Positions 26,834 through 35,301 of a stretch of 44,209 bases of DNA are shown here, in pieces; the stretch's first letter is position 1, and every line of letters starts with the position of its first letter. This stretch comes from a virus. The DNA lies in the UHGV virus genome UHGV-0377591. The stretch is one strand, 5' to 3'. A program made the position numbers and the translations under genes. Under the pieces are notes generated by a model that was given only the letters and a program-made list of their open reading frames with translations, did not search any database and was not told the origin of the DNA.

Positions 26834-27535
26834 TTATTTCCTCAGGGCTTTAAGTTGCCGTTCAAATTCGGCAGGGTTCGATTTATACAGAGCTAAACGC
26901 TCCGCTTCACTCATGTCTTTAAACGCTGGTGCGGCCCCGCCGCCTTTGCCACCGGAAGCCCCGCCGCCGGAAGCTGCATTTGCTTTAATCAAATGCGAAA
27001 ACGCTTTGTGTTCACGCAGGTATTTGCGGAACTGTTCCGGGTCAGTCGTGATTACATTACCGTCTGCGCCCACAAACTTAGTAACCACATCATCACCTTC
27101 GAACTCAGTCTTAACGAACGGAGCAAGAATGTCTACTGCTTCCGGGGTAATAAAGTCACCTGCGAAAGAGCCTAACACCGCTTTACGTTCGCTGCCGAGG
27201 ATGCGCTCAGCCATTTTGGTGATGCGACCATCTTTCTCGGCTAACACCGGGTCATACTGGCTACGAATCGTCTTTTCGAACTCGTCCATCTTACCAGCGG
27301 CTTTTAGCGCCTCCTGGTGCGCGCGCTGACGTTCCTCTTCGGCCTCTTTTGCTTTACGGGCGGCTTCTTTCTTCTCCGCCAGCAATGCTTCCTGATTGGC
27401 CTTAAGTCCGGCAACTTCTTTCTCAATCATCGCCTGAACTTCTTCAGCGGTGAACATTTTTGGAGCGTCGCCACCGCCAGATTTATCTTCTGCCCCAGCT
27501 TCTTCCTGGAACGGATAGTGTAAAAAACGATTCAT
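26834..27535 (-). CDS. Scaffolding protein
   Basis: Start moved to ATG 27535 (the track start is TTG). Lys/Glu/Ala-rich coiled-coil EEVQAMIEKEVAGLKANQEALLAEKKEAARKAKEAEEERQRAHQEALKAAG. Confidence 0.7.
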   Translation of the reverse strand: MNRFLHYPFQEEAGAEDKSGGGDAPKMFTAEEVQAMIEKEVAGLKANQEALLAEKKEAARKAKEAEEERQRAHQEALKAAGKMDEFEKTIRSQYDPVLAEKDGRITKMAERILGSERKAVLGSFAGDFITPEAVDILAPFVKTEFEGDDVVTKFVGADGNVITTDPEQFRKYLREHKAFSHLIKANAASGGGASGGKGGGAAPAFKDMSEAERLALYKSNPAEFERQLKALRK

Positions 27536-27617
27536 AGTCAGTATGTCCCCTGGACGTTGGAATCCGGGCCTCCCGGATTTACATGTCAAGAATAAATTAT
27601 TCCAACATACAAGGCAA

Positions 27618-27881
27618 CTATTCCAGAATATTCCTCACGTAATCCTGCAACATGAACACTTTCAGTCTCAGTTGCCGTACACATTCGGCGTTCTGAACAT
27701 CGATAGCTAAATCCTCGTCAGCGTCGATACTTGGCGGTGCCAGTTTGCACGGCGGCTGCATCATCGTCGTATCCGGGGATGGAATTGGCGTTGGCAACGG
27801 CGTGGGACTTGAGCAGGACGCGAGCATCGTCGAAAGTGCACACGCTGCGGCCAGGCGTTTTAATGTACTTAACGACTTCAC
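27618..27881 (-). CDS. Outer-membrane spanin (Rz1-like lipoprotein), 87 aa
   Basis: GTG start with GAGG ribosome-binding site; lipobox LASC with Cys at position 23; proline-rich mature region SSPTPLPTPIPSPDTTMMQPP; starts inside the i-spanin gene in another frame. Confidence 0.7.
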   Translation of the reverse strand: MKSLSTLKRLAAACALSTMLASCSSPTPLPTPIPSPDTTMMQPPCKLAPPSIDADEDLAIDVQNAECVRQLRLKVFMLQDYVRNILE

Positions 27882-28113
27882 GGGTAATCACCTCTGATTT
27901 CGTCTTGCCTTCGTTGTCAGCGGCGGCGGCCTTAGATTCGTCCTGCTGCTGCCGTTGTGTTTTCTTCGCTAACTCAGCCTGTGCTTTCTGCTGTTGCTGC
28001 GAAACGAGATTCGCCCGGCCTTCGTTCCAGCCGCTGCGATACTGGTAGATTCCGTAGCCGTATGTCAGGAGAATGAAACATGCTCCAGCTACGACAGTTG
28101 CGTTAAGATTCAT
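27718..28113 (-). CDS. Inner-membrane spanin (Rz-like), 131 aa
   Basis: N-terminal transmembrane segment ATVVAGACFILLTYGYGIY followed by Gln-rich helical region QQQQKAQAELAKKTQRQQQ; strong AGGGGA ribosome-binding site. Confidence 0.7.
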   Translation of the reverse strand: MNLNATVVAGACFILLTYGYGIYQYRSGWNEGRANLVSQQQQKAQAELAKKTQRQQQDESKAAAADNEGKTKSEVITREVVKYIKTPGRSVCTFDDARVLLKSHAVANANSIPGYDDDAAAVQTGTAKYRR

Positions 28114-28363
28114 GTTTCCCCTTTCTCGATAAGTAAAGCCCCGCTTTAAGGCGGGGCGCTAGTCCTTATCATTTAAACATAGAAACGGCGTAATCTCAGT
28201 AAACCAGTTACTTTTTACACAAGCAATAGAGTATGGCCCTTCCGAACGCGTCAGCGTAACTACACTCAGGACTTACGTCCCGCTCCGTTACCTGCCCGCG
28301 CCGCGGTCGCTTGCTCATACTTCACAAGCTCAGGTGGAGCTTATCATATTTTCAGTGAAAAGT

Positions 28364-28379
28364 CAACTATTCGAATAGT
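28364..28379. promoter_or_regulatory. Perfect 16-bp palindrome AACTATTCGAATAGTT (everted operator half-sites)
   Basis: CTATT-CG-AATAG core; 55 bp upstream of the class II promoter. Confidence 0.5.
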
Positions 28380-28432
28380 TTATTCCAACGTTTACAATTG
28401 AGTGGAATAACTGGAATACGTAAATAAATAGT

Positions 28433-28461
28433 TTGCGCGCACCAACATAATAGGGTACTAT
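28433..28461 (+). promoter_or_regulatory. Class II promoter with operator palindrome overlapping the -10
   Basis: TTGCGC (28433-28438), 17-bp spacer, TACTAT (28456-28461); AATAG-GGTA-CTATT at 28449-28462. Confidence 0.5.
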
Positions 28462-28488
28462 TCAGTTAACTTAAACAGGAGATGAGAA

Positions 28489-29010
28489 ATGGTTACTACA
28501 GTAATTACTTTCCCTGCGTATGTAGGGGCGAAAATATGCAGGGCTAAAAATGATGTTCGCTACTATTTGAACGCTTTTTACATAGACCCTGAAGGATTGA
28601 TAGTGTCTACGGACGGTCATAGATTGTTCTGCGACAATGTGAAGACCAACGTTGAGAAAGGGACTCTCATAGACATCAAAGGGAGAGAGCCTTCTAAATT
28701 TAACTACGCGGAGGTAAACCACGACAACGGCAGTGTATCTTTCTATAACGATAATCGTGCGCTTATATGTACACTTCCGGTAGATGTTGTAGAAGGAAAC
28801 TTTCCTGACTGGAGACGCGTGGCGCACATCACACCGGGTGTTGTCGATAGTATAGGGTTCACCCTGCGTTATTTGGCAGACGCGTACAAGATTTCTAAGG
28901 CATACAAAAATGAAATTGCTCGTTTCGATTTCCAGGACCAAACCAGAGGATGCAAAATACAATTTTCAAACACGGCCTTTATGGTGTTAATGCCTGCGCG
29001 ATTTAAATAA
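28489..29010 (+). CDS. Hypothetical protein, 173 aa, encoded on the opposite strand inside the head-gene module
   Basis: ORF track; own promoter and AGGAGATGAGAA ribosome-binding site; own terminator. Confidence 0.65.
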   Translation: MVTTVITFPAYVGAKICRAKNDVRYYLNAFYIDPEGLIVSTDGHRLFCDNVKTNVEKGTLIDIKGREPSKFNYAEVNHDNGSVSFYNDNRALICTLPVDVVEGNFPDWRRVAHITPGVVDSIGFTLRYLADAYKISKAYKNEIARFDFQDQTRGCKIQFSNTAFMVLMPARFK

Positions 29011-29015
29011 AACTA

Positions 29016-29040
29016 AGGCCCCATTATGGGGCCTTTTATC
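29016..29040. terminator. Bidirectional rho-independent terminator
   Basis: AGGCCCC-ATTAT-GGGGCCT-TTTTAT. Confidence 0.75.
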
Positions 29041-29497
29041 ATCCTGGTTTAGAGACCTTCGCCGCTTTGCTTACGGCCTCCGCACCATCGGCATCAGTAA
29101 CTTTAACGAAGTATTCACCAGCCGCATTAACAGTCAGAGACAGAGCCTCTTCCGGGGCGTTCACCACTTCCTTCCCGTCTTTGTACCAGGTCAGTACATA
29201 CGGCGCTTTACCCGCCTTAACTTCGACAGTGATGGTGGCGCTACCGTCGACCAGCTCGGTGTCTTTCGGTTGCACAGAGAAATACACATCGCCAGCATCT
29301 GCCAGATACGGAATCTCATAAAGCATACCTGCCGCTGGAAGTGCAATACCGGTTTTATCTGCAAACGGCATATCATCTACCGGCGTACCCAGTACACTTT
29401 CGTCCTCAATAAATACCACGTTCTCACCAGAGCCAGACACGCGGGCGTACTGGACTACGCGTCGCGACGGTACATCAGTTACTTTGAAAAAGCACAT
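29039..29497 (-). CDS. Ig-like domain virion protein
   Basis: Motif APYVLTWYKDGKEV, paralogous in style to the 24995..25339 protein. Confidence 0.55.
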   Translation of the reverse strand: MCFFKVTDVPSRRVVQYARVSGSGENVVFIEDESVLGTPVDDMPFADKTGIALPAAGMLYEIPYLADAGDVYFSVQPKDTELVDGSATITVEVKAGKAPYVLTWYKDGKEVVNAPEEALSLTVNAAGEYFVKVTDADGAEAVSKAAKVSKPG

Positions 29498-29500
29498 AAA

Positions 29501-30124
29501 CTAAACCTCTTTCATTGAGTTAATCTTACGTAAGACGCCTTCGAAAAGGCGTGGGTCTATGCTATCGCAAAGACCTTTGTATTCATATGCTAATTCAATT
29601 TTTCTATGAAACCATGCTACGTGTGCCTCTTGAGCGGTTTCGTAAGCGCCTATTTGTTCAGATACGCCATCCACGGATACTTGAGCGATGAATCTTTTCT
29701 TTTGTTTATGGAAATGTACGCCGAGTGGGTGTTCGCCTCGAAGAGCGTCGTGGGCTGTTAGGAAAGTATTGAGGGATTTAGGGATAAAAACACAGTTAGA
29801 AGCATCGTAAACCTTATTTCCCGGGTTAAGTAAATCCTTATCTATCTGCCACCCAGGTACATAAAAATCATCAAACCAGACCTTGAAATTACTGAACACC
29901 AACCAATCGTCCGACACGCGGCAACCTATATAAGTTCTGTTTCTTTGCTGCCATTTCTTGTCGTAGCACCTCTTTAACATGTTCTTCCATACGGCGTAGG
30001 ACGCTATATGCACCCCTCCGCAACTTATTGGTGAAACATCGTTAATACCCACACCAAAAACAATTCCCATATTAAACCCTATAAGAAAACCCCATGAAGA
30101 TTGGTCGATGCCAGAGATAGGCAT
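29501..30124 (-). CDS. Putative homing endonuclease-like protein with AP2-like DNA-binding domain
   Basis: C-terminal AP2-like GVHFHKQKKRFIAQVSVDGVSEQIGAYETAQEAHVAW; N-terminal catalytic domain not assigned; true start probably internal. Confidence 0.45.
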   Translation of the reverse strand: MPISGIDQSSWGFLIGFNMGIVFGVGINDVSPISCGGVHIASYAVWKNMLKRCYDKKWQQRNRTYIGCRVSDDWLVFSNFKVWFDDFYVPGWQIDKDLLNPGNKVYDASNCVFIPKSLNTFLTAHDALRGEHPLGVHFHKQKKRFIAQVSVDGVSEQIGAYETAQEAHVAWFHRKIELAYEYKGLCDSIDPRLFEGVLRKINSMKEV

Positions 30125-30194
30125 ACCTTCATGGGGTTATATTCTTTCTCTATTTTTAGTAGTTCACCGACCAAAGCTAGCTACTAGATATACT

Positions 30195-31271
30195 TTATAC
30201 CGACCTAAGATATTCAGCAACCCTGTTATCTAACGCCGCCATCTCCTTCAAGGTTAAAGGTCTACCAAAAGCGTCGACGGATATTACCCGGAATTCCTCT
30301 GGGGATATCCCACTATTCCTGAATATAGCACCGCGGGTAGGTCCGAGTGCTTCATCCACGAACCATGCCGGTTGCTGTTTCAGGAACTCGTAATAGGTGG
30401 TGTCTGCGCTTACCTGCATACCGCCGTCCGCACCCTTAGCCGCGCGTTTTGCACCTTTATCTAGGAAGTCGAACTCCGAACTGATTACCGGTGCAGTGGT
30501 ACTTCGACATCCAAAATGGGCGGGGGGCATCGGACCTTTACCGATTTCCCACGTCATCCCGTCTCTGGCCCTGCAAATCGTACTGGTACGGCTGTCCAGC
30601 GTTGACACCCATTCGTATTTCTCGATGATGTCGTCGTTCTGGCGGTATGTCTCGTTGCGGGCTTCGTTGGATACGTGAGACAGCGCGGTGCGGATTACCG
30701 TAGCCGCGTTGCGTTCAGAGATGTCCGCCAGCCCACCAGCGCCTACGACATTTTTAACAATCTGCCGTGTGGTTTGGCCCTGAACAAACCCCATCTTAAC
30801 GCCAGTTACGAGGCGCGCGGCCTCCGTTTCACCCCAGCCTGCCATCAGCTTAGTGAAATCGACGGGCTTGTCGCTTAACGACAGCGGCTGAAACTCGGCA
30901 GCAGCCCACACCTGTTCGGCGGTAGGCGTAACAAATTCCGCGTCAACGTTGGCGGTCAGTGTTTTTACGTTCCACTCAGCCTCATATGCGGCCAGTTCCT
31001 TAAGGTCTTCTGTCAGCTTTGTTTGCCAGTCACCTGTAAGCCCCGTCAGTGCTTCTTCAAGGTCGCGTAACAGTTTATTCAGTCGCGCAGTGCTTCGCCC
31101 GTCGTCACCGAATAACAGCACCTGCCGTTTGATTTCGTCCCGCATCTCCTGAATGAACGGTGCGAGGTCTTTCACTTCACCGGACGCGGTGCGTTGCAGC
31201 CATATCTGGTGGCTGATTAGGGATGTAAGTAAGCTCATAGATAAACCCTGTGGCGCTAAAGTTAATAGCAT
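30195..31271 (-). CDS. Head morphogenesis protein (SPP1 gp7 / Mu F-like, by position and size)
   Basis: ORF track; immediately downstream of the portal gene. Confidence 0.65.
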   Translation of the reverse strand: MLLTLAPQGLSMSLLTSLISHQIWLQRTASGEVKDLAPFIQEMRDEIKRQVLLFGDDGRSTARLNKLLRDLEEALTGLTGDWQTKLTEDLKELAAYEAEWNVKTLTANVDAEFVTPTAEQVWAAAEFQPLSLSDKPVDFTKLMAGWGETEAARLVTGVKMGFVQGQTTRQIVKNVVGAGGLADISERNAATVIRTALSHVSNEARNETYRQNDDIIEKYEWVSTLDSRTSTICRARDGMTWEIGKGPMPPAHFGCRSTTAPVISSEFDFLDKGAKRAAKGADGGMQVSADTTYYEFLKQQPAWFVDEALGPTRGAIFRNSGISPEEFRVISVDAFGRPLTLKEMAALDNRVAEYLRSV

Positions 31272-31277
31272 ACTATA

Positions 31278-31300
31278 AGAAAGCCCCTTTCGGGGCTATA
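31278..31300 (-). terminator. Weak hairpin terminator/attenuator after the portal gene
   Basis: AGCCCC-TTTC/GAAA-GGGGCT followed on the minus strand by TTTCTTA. Confidence 0.4.
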
Positions 31301-31307
31301 GGCGAAC

Positions 31308-32789
31308 TTACTGCTGAGCGGTGTCTTGTTGCTGCGCCGACTGCGGAATCTCTCCTGCTACCCGAGCAACAGCACCTAACGGCAGCGGTGTATCCTCGAT
31401 AGCGTTCTGAATGTCTTCATCAGTCCAGTCGGTTACGCCAGCCTTACGCAGCGCGGCGTAATAAGCAGTGGCGGGTAACAAGCCAGCGTTAATATCCGCC
31501 ATCCACTGCGCGCGGTCCTGAGCGGTCATAGGTTGCAGGAAGAACTCCATATTCAGTTTGAACTCAATCTCTGTGCCTTCACGCAACCCTAGCATCGCAG
31601 CTACCCAGCGCAGCGCATCGGTATACGCCATGCTTACGTTACGTGCGATTGTCGCCATAACAGACGTATCAGCGCCACGTTGCAGACGGGCCGATTCAGC
31701 GGTGATTTGCTGAGTCGGGGTGATAAGCTGCGCGCCAATCTGGATGGCTTGGTTCTCTTTATCCAGCATGTTCTGCTTAGCGAGGTTGTTCTCTCCGGCC
31801 TGAACCAGAAACGCATTGCCGCCGTAACCGATGTTATGGCCCGAACGTGAACCCATTCGCACGCCGTGGGGGTTGGCCTCTTTCCACTGCTCCATGCTCA
31901 TATTCTCACCCGGGGCGATGAACAAAGTAGGCTGGCCTACTACGAAGCTGGATTCCTCATTGTCCGCGCTGTTGCGGAAATGCCCGATATTAAGTTCAGC
32001 CAACGGCAGCAAAGGCGCATCGTCTACAGTGGCGTCGTTGTTGCTTGCTCCGATGAACGTGAACGGGATTTTGCCGCGTAACTGTTCGCCAAGTTCCGGG
32101 AATATTTCGATTACTTCATCCTGGGCACCACCTCCGGCATCGAAGCGATAGATTCGCTGGCGATAGCGGCTGTCAATCAGGTCAAGGACACGGTATTGCT
32201 CACCGAACTTGGTTTCAAACTCTGCGCCAGGTTCTGAGTATTCCCACACCTCACGCAGCACGACCATTGTCACACGGTTAACCGAACCGATGCGGGTCAG
32301 TCGCCAGTTGATGATGTTCTCCGCAGTGTAGAACGCGATTACCGGGTTTAATAATCCTGCGTTCTGCTCTGCTGCCGTTGCCGCTGCTGTCTCCGGCGCG
32401 TCCACCAGCAGCCCGCCACGGCCAACCGAGTCAATCTCCATCAGCGTGTCCTGCGCGTGCTGCCACAGCCCAACACCGGAACCGTCGGCATTGTGCAACA
32501 GGTACTCCAGTTCAGGTGGAATAATTTGCTCGGGGTCTTTGCGCATGACACTGCCGACCATCCCGGCCAGGGTACGTTTAGTGAAGTTGTAGCAGATAGC
32601 GCCGTTCTCATATTCTTCCTGTCGCTGGGCTGCGTAGGTCGGGTCGGGTTCGTTCTTACCGACGTTGCGCAGATAGCTAATAAGGTCACCTTCCAGCGCA
32701 TGACGTACCTTCTGCCATTTATCGAAGTGGTGCAGCCATTCCCGGTGTTTTGTCTTAACACCTTGATTCTGACCGTTCATAGTTAACAT
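31308..32789 (-). CDS. Portal protein, 493 aa
   Basis: Size and position immediately after the large terminase gene. Confidence 0.85.
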   Translation of the reverse strand: MLTMNGQNQGVKTKHREWLHHFDKWQKVRHALEGDLISYLRNVGKNEPDPTYAAQRQEEYENGAICYNFTKRTLAGMVGSVMRKDPEQIIPPELEYLLHNADGSGVGLWQHAQDTLMEIDSVGRGGLLVDAPETAAATAAEQNAGLLNPVIAFYTAENIINWRLTRIGSVNRVTMVVLREVWEYSEPGAEFETKFGEQYRVLDLIDSRYRQRIYRFDAGGGAQDEVIEIFPELGEQLRGKIPFTFIGASNNDATVDDAPLLPLAELNIGHFRNSADNEESSFVVGQPTLFIAPGENMSMEQWKEANPHGVRMGSRSGHNIGYGGNAFLVQAGENNLAKQNMLDKENQAIQIGAQLITPTQQITAESARLQRGADTSVMATIARNVSMAYTDALRWVAAMLGLREGTEIEFKLNMEFFLQPMTAQDRAQWMADINAGLLPATAYYAALRKAGVTDWTDEDIQNAIEDTPLPLGAVARVAGEIPQSAQQQDTAQQ

Positions 32790-32801
32790 TGAATAATCCT
32801 C

Positions 32802-34052
32802 TTAAAGTGCGAAAGTCACCGGGATGTTGATTACTGGTTTAACCACCGGCATCTCGTAAACTACAGGATAGCCCAGGGCATCTGCCATATGGTCGATGAT
32901 GCCGTCTTTGGATGGCTCCCCGTTATCGTCATATGCCTGCTGCTCCAGCGTCTTCGCTATCTCAGGGCATAAGTGGTCGTTAACCCACAGCTTACCTTTT
33001 TCCAGTGCGGTATTCACCGCTAAAACACGGTCTTTAACCGGCGGGTTGGCAGATTTAGCGCGAACATCGAACCCCGCCTGCTGTAGTAAGGCAATATCGG
33101 AGATTGATGCCGAGTTTGTCTTGCGGTTCTTGCCGCTGGCGTCGGGGTACACGACGATGCGGTGGCCCTGCGACTTCCACTTCTCTGTAATTACGCGCAC
33201 GGTATCCGGCGTATCGAACAGGCCTTTCAGTTCTGCTACCGCGTGCCAGCCGTCTTTACGTTGCACATACACGGCGCTGGCGTTCTTCGTAACGTTGAAG
33301 TCCTGCCCGATGTACAGCGTGTCGCCCGGTTGGATTGTCTCTTTGCTGCGATGCTTACGTCGGTCGTAGGCGTAGTAGACGCTGCCGTATGTCAGGTTAA
33401 CGAACTCCCCATTCAGGTACGCGTTAATCAGTTGCGCTGGGTAAGTCTCGGTCAGCGAGCTAATGTAGTCAGGCGGCAGGAATCGCGCGTTCTCGTGGGT
33501 GGAAGCCTGCACCATTGAGTAACTCGGTGTCGGGTTCTCTTTGAACTTGGCGTAGACGAACTTGAACCCTTCCGGCGTCGTGGTGACGGAGATGTGGTTG
33601 GTTACACCAGGGATAACCAGACGCATACGGGCGACGATTTTGTTCCATGCCAGTTCAGCTTTTTCTCGGCTCAGTACGTCCAGTTCATCCACGACCGCGG
33701 CGGCGATTTTGAAACCCACAATCGAACCGGGGTTATCCATAGAACGACAGATAACCGTTCCGAGCACCGTCTTACCGCGAGTAACCACGACCTCTTTGTC
33801 TCCGGATTTAACCAGCACATCAAGGCCGAGCAGGTTAGCCGCTTCCTCGAATGTCGGGTAGAAGATGTCACGGATGGCGGGATAGGTAGGGCCGAAGTAG
33901 CCCAGGCGCGTACCAGGGTGCTTGAGCATAAACGTAAGCAGGTCAAGGCAGCCGACAAACGTCTTGCCACTACCGAAGCCGCCTACGTAGGCCTTGTATT
34001 TGTTGTCACAATTCAGGAACAGTGCCTGCGGCGCGGATAGCTGAATACTCAT
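32802..34052 (-). CDS. Terminase large subunit, 416 aa
   Basis: Walker A YVGGFGSGKT; Walker B AAVVDELD; followed by the portal gene. Confidence 0.9.
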   Translation of the reverse strand: MSIQLSAPQALFLNCDNKYKAYVGGFGSGKTFVGCLDLLTFMLKHPGTRLGYFGPTYPAIRDIFYPTFEEAANLLGLDVLVKSGDKEVVVTRGKTVLGTVICRSMDNPGSIVGFKIAAAVVDELDVLSREKAELAWNKIVARMRLVIPGVTNHISVTTTPEGFKFVYAKFKENPTPSYSMVQASTHENARFLPPDYISSLTETYPAQLINAYLNGEFVNLTYGSVYYAYDRRKHRSKETIQPGDTLYIGQDFNVTKNASAVYVQRKDGWHAVAELKGLFDTPDTVRVITEKWKSQGHRIVVYPDASGKNRKTNSASISDIALLQQAGFDVRAKSANPPVKDRVLAVNTALEKGKLWVNDHLCPEIAKTLEQQAYDDNGEPSKDGIIDHMADALGYPVVYEMPVVKPVINIPVTFAL

Positions 34053-34594
34053 TCCTCTACCTCACCCATGTTCGTTGTTACAATTTTACCTACAGGCTCC
34101 GCAACACTGAAAATAATCTCAGTCGGTGCCGTTTCTTCGGCGGATTCAACTGGTTTCTCTTTGCCAAGGCCAAGTTTCGCAGCGGCAAACGTAGCAGAGA
34201 TACCTGCGGCCCCTGTCTCAGTGAAGTATGCCTCTTCCAATGCCTGCGCTGTCTCCCATGCTTCTGCGAATGCGGGAATCTCGCGCAGCCACAGCTTAAT
34301 AATCGGGATAGTGACGCCGATGCGTAAGGCAAAGCGGGCCAGTGACGGCGGTTTGTCCTGAATCAGCGGGCGTTCGTCGCCTTTGGAGGTAGGCACAAGC
34401 TCCCACGACGTGCGGTCGAAGAAACGAATCAATTCGTCGCAATAGTCCGGGTCCCACAACGCGGCGGAATTACGGGATGATTGATAAAGGCTCTGTTTAC
34501 CGAGCGGTCGTTTACGGCGACGGTTTGCGCTAACAGCTTCTTCATGTGCAGCTTGCACCACCTCTGGCGATGGCTGCTTGAGTTTCAGCTTCAT
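34049..34594 (-). CDS. Terminase small subunit (putative)
   Basis: Start moved to ATG 34594 (AAGGGG upstream); ATGA overlap with the large terminase start. Confidence 0.55.
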   Translation of the reverse strand: MKLKLKQPSPEVVQAAHEEAVSANRRRKRPLGKQSLYQSSRNSAALWDPDYCDELIRFFDRTSWELVPTSKGDERPLIQDKPPSLARFALRIGVTIPIIKLWLREIPAFAEAWETAQALEEAYFTETGAAGISATFAAAKLGLGKEKPVESAEETAPTEIIFSVAEPVGKIVTTNMGEVEE

Positions 34595-34685
34595 ATAATC
34601 CCCTTGCATATGCGTCTGACCATCAGAGCGCACCAGACGCGCCCTACGCGTCTAAAGGGATTATATAAGGGGATTGGGCGGGATG

Positions 34686-34712
34686 TACAGAAAAGCCCTC
34701 CGTAGAGGGCTT
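34686..34712 (-). terminator. Rho-independent terminator
   Basis: GCCCTC-CGTA/TACG-GAGGGC followed on the minus strand by TTTTCT. Confidence 0.6.
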
Positions 34713-34804
34713 GTATCAGTTATACAGGCCGTGTCGTGGTGCTCTTTTACCATCGCCGCCGTAATGGTTGTTAGCTACAGCGATAGCCCAGACGTTAGGG
34801 ATGA

Positions 34805-35047
34805 TTAGTAGCCGCATTCGTTCTCCTCTTTAGCAATACGTTGCTCTGTTTTAGTGATACCCCGGCGCGTGAATAACACCGGGCTTGTCTTAACGTGCGT
34901 CATCAGACGATTGTTATAAATTACGTGGCGCTCGCAATCAACGTCTTTGCTGTACTTCGCAATCGTCATTTCGTTGATGCCGGTTTGTCGGCATGTCTCA
35001 GCCATCGTGCCGTATTCTTTAATCAGGTTCGGAATGCTGGTAATCAT
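34805..35047 (-). CDS. Small HTH-containing protein, 80 aa
   Basis: Start moved to ATG 35047 (GAGGAA upstream; ATGA coupling); helix-turn-helix-like MAETCRQTGINEMTIAKY. Confidence 0.5.
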   Translation of the reverse strand: MITSIPNLIKEYGTMAETCRQTGINEMTIAKYSKDVDCERHVIYNNRLMTHVKTSPVLFTRRGITKTEQRIAKEENECGY

Positions 35048-35214
35048 CCTAAGAAATTCCTCGTTGTCCACATCGCATTCGGATATTTGTTATCACGGTC
35101 CTGCACTACGGCAATCATGTTTCCTCGTTGCACAAGACAGAAGTGCCGCTGTTGCTCGCCGTTGTATCGACGCCAGATTGCTTCTTCTATTGCGGCGTTG
35201 ATGTCACTGAACAT
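35044..35214 (-). CDS. Hypothetical small protein, 56 aa (not in the ORF track)
   Basis: Manual translation MFSDINAAIEEAIWRRYNGEQQRHFCLVQRGNMIAVVQDRDNKYPNAMWTTRNFLG. Confidence 0.35.
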   Translation of the reverse strand: MFSDINAAIEEAIWRRYNGEQQRHFCLVQRGNMIAVVQDRDNKYPNAMWTTRNFLG

Positions 35215-35301
35215 TAATATCTACCCCACAGAAATCCAACCAATAACCCAATGAAGTAACTAAGACCGACCAGACCAATAACCACCTCAAGACTCATACT
35301 C

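Noticed and set aside
25740-27329. 529-aa plus-strand ORF overlapping the major capsid and scaffold genes
   Set aside because: Antisense to two well-supported genes; its product is low-complexity and Arg/Gly/Val-rich, typical of a shadow ORF, and it lacks a ribosome-binding site.
27561-27579. Hairpin AATCCGGG-CCT-CCCGGATT between the spanin and scaffold genes as a terminator
   Set aside because: Perfect 8-bp stem but no T-run on either strand; more likely an RNA processing or stability element, or nothing.
32896-34040. Plus-strand ORFs (157, 118, 99 and 148 aa) within the large terminase gene
   Set aside because: Antisense to an ORF carrying clear Walker A and B motifs.
34895-35254. Plus-strand ORFs of 119 and 84 aa in the leftward accessory block
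   Set aside because: They sit opposite a chain of translationally coupled minus-strand genes and have no promoter or ribosome-binding site.
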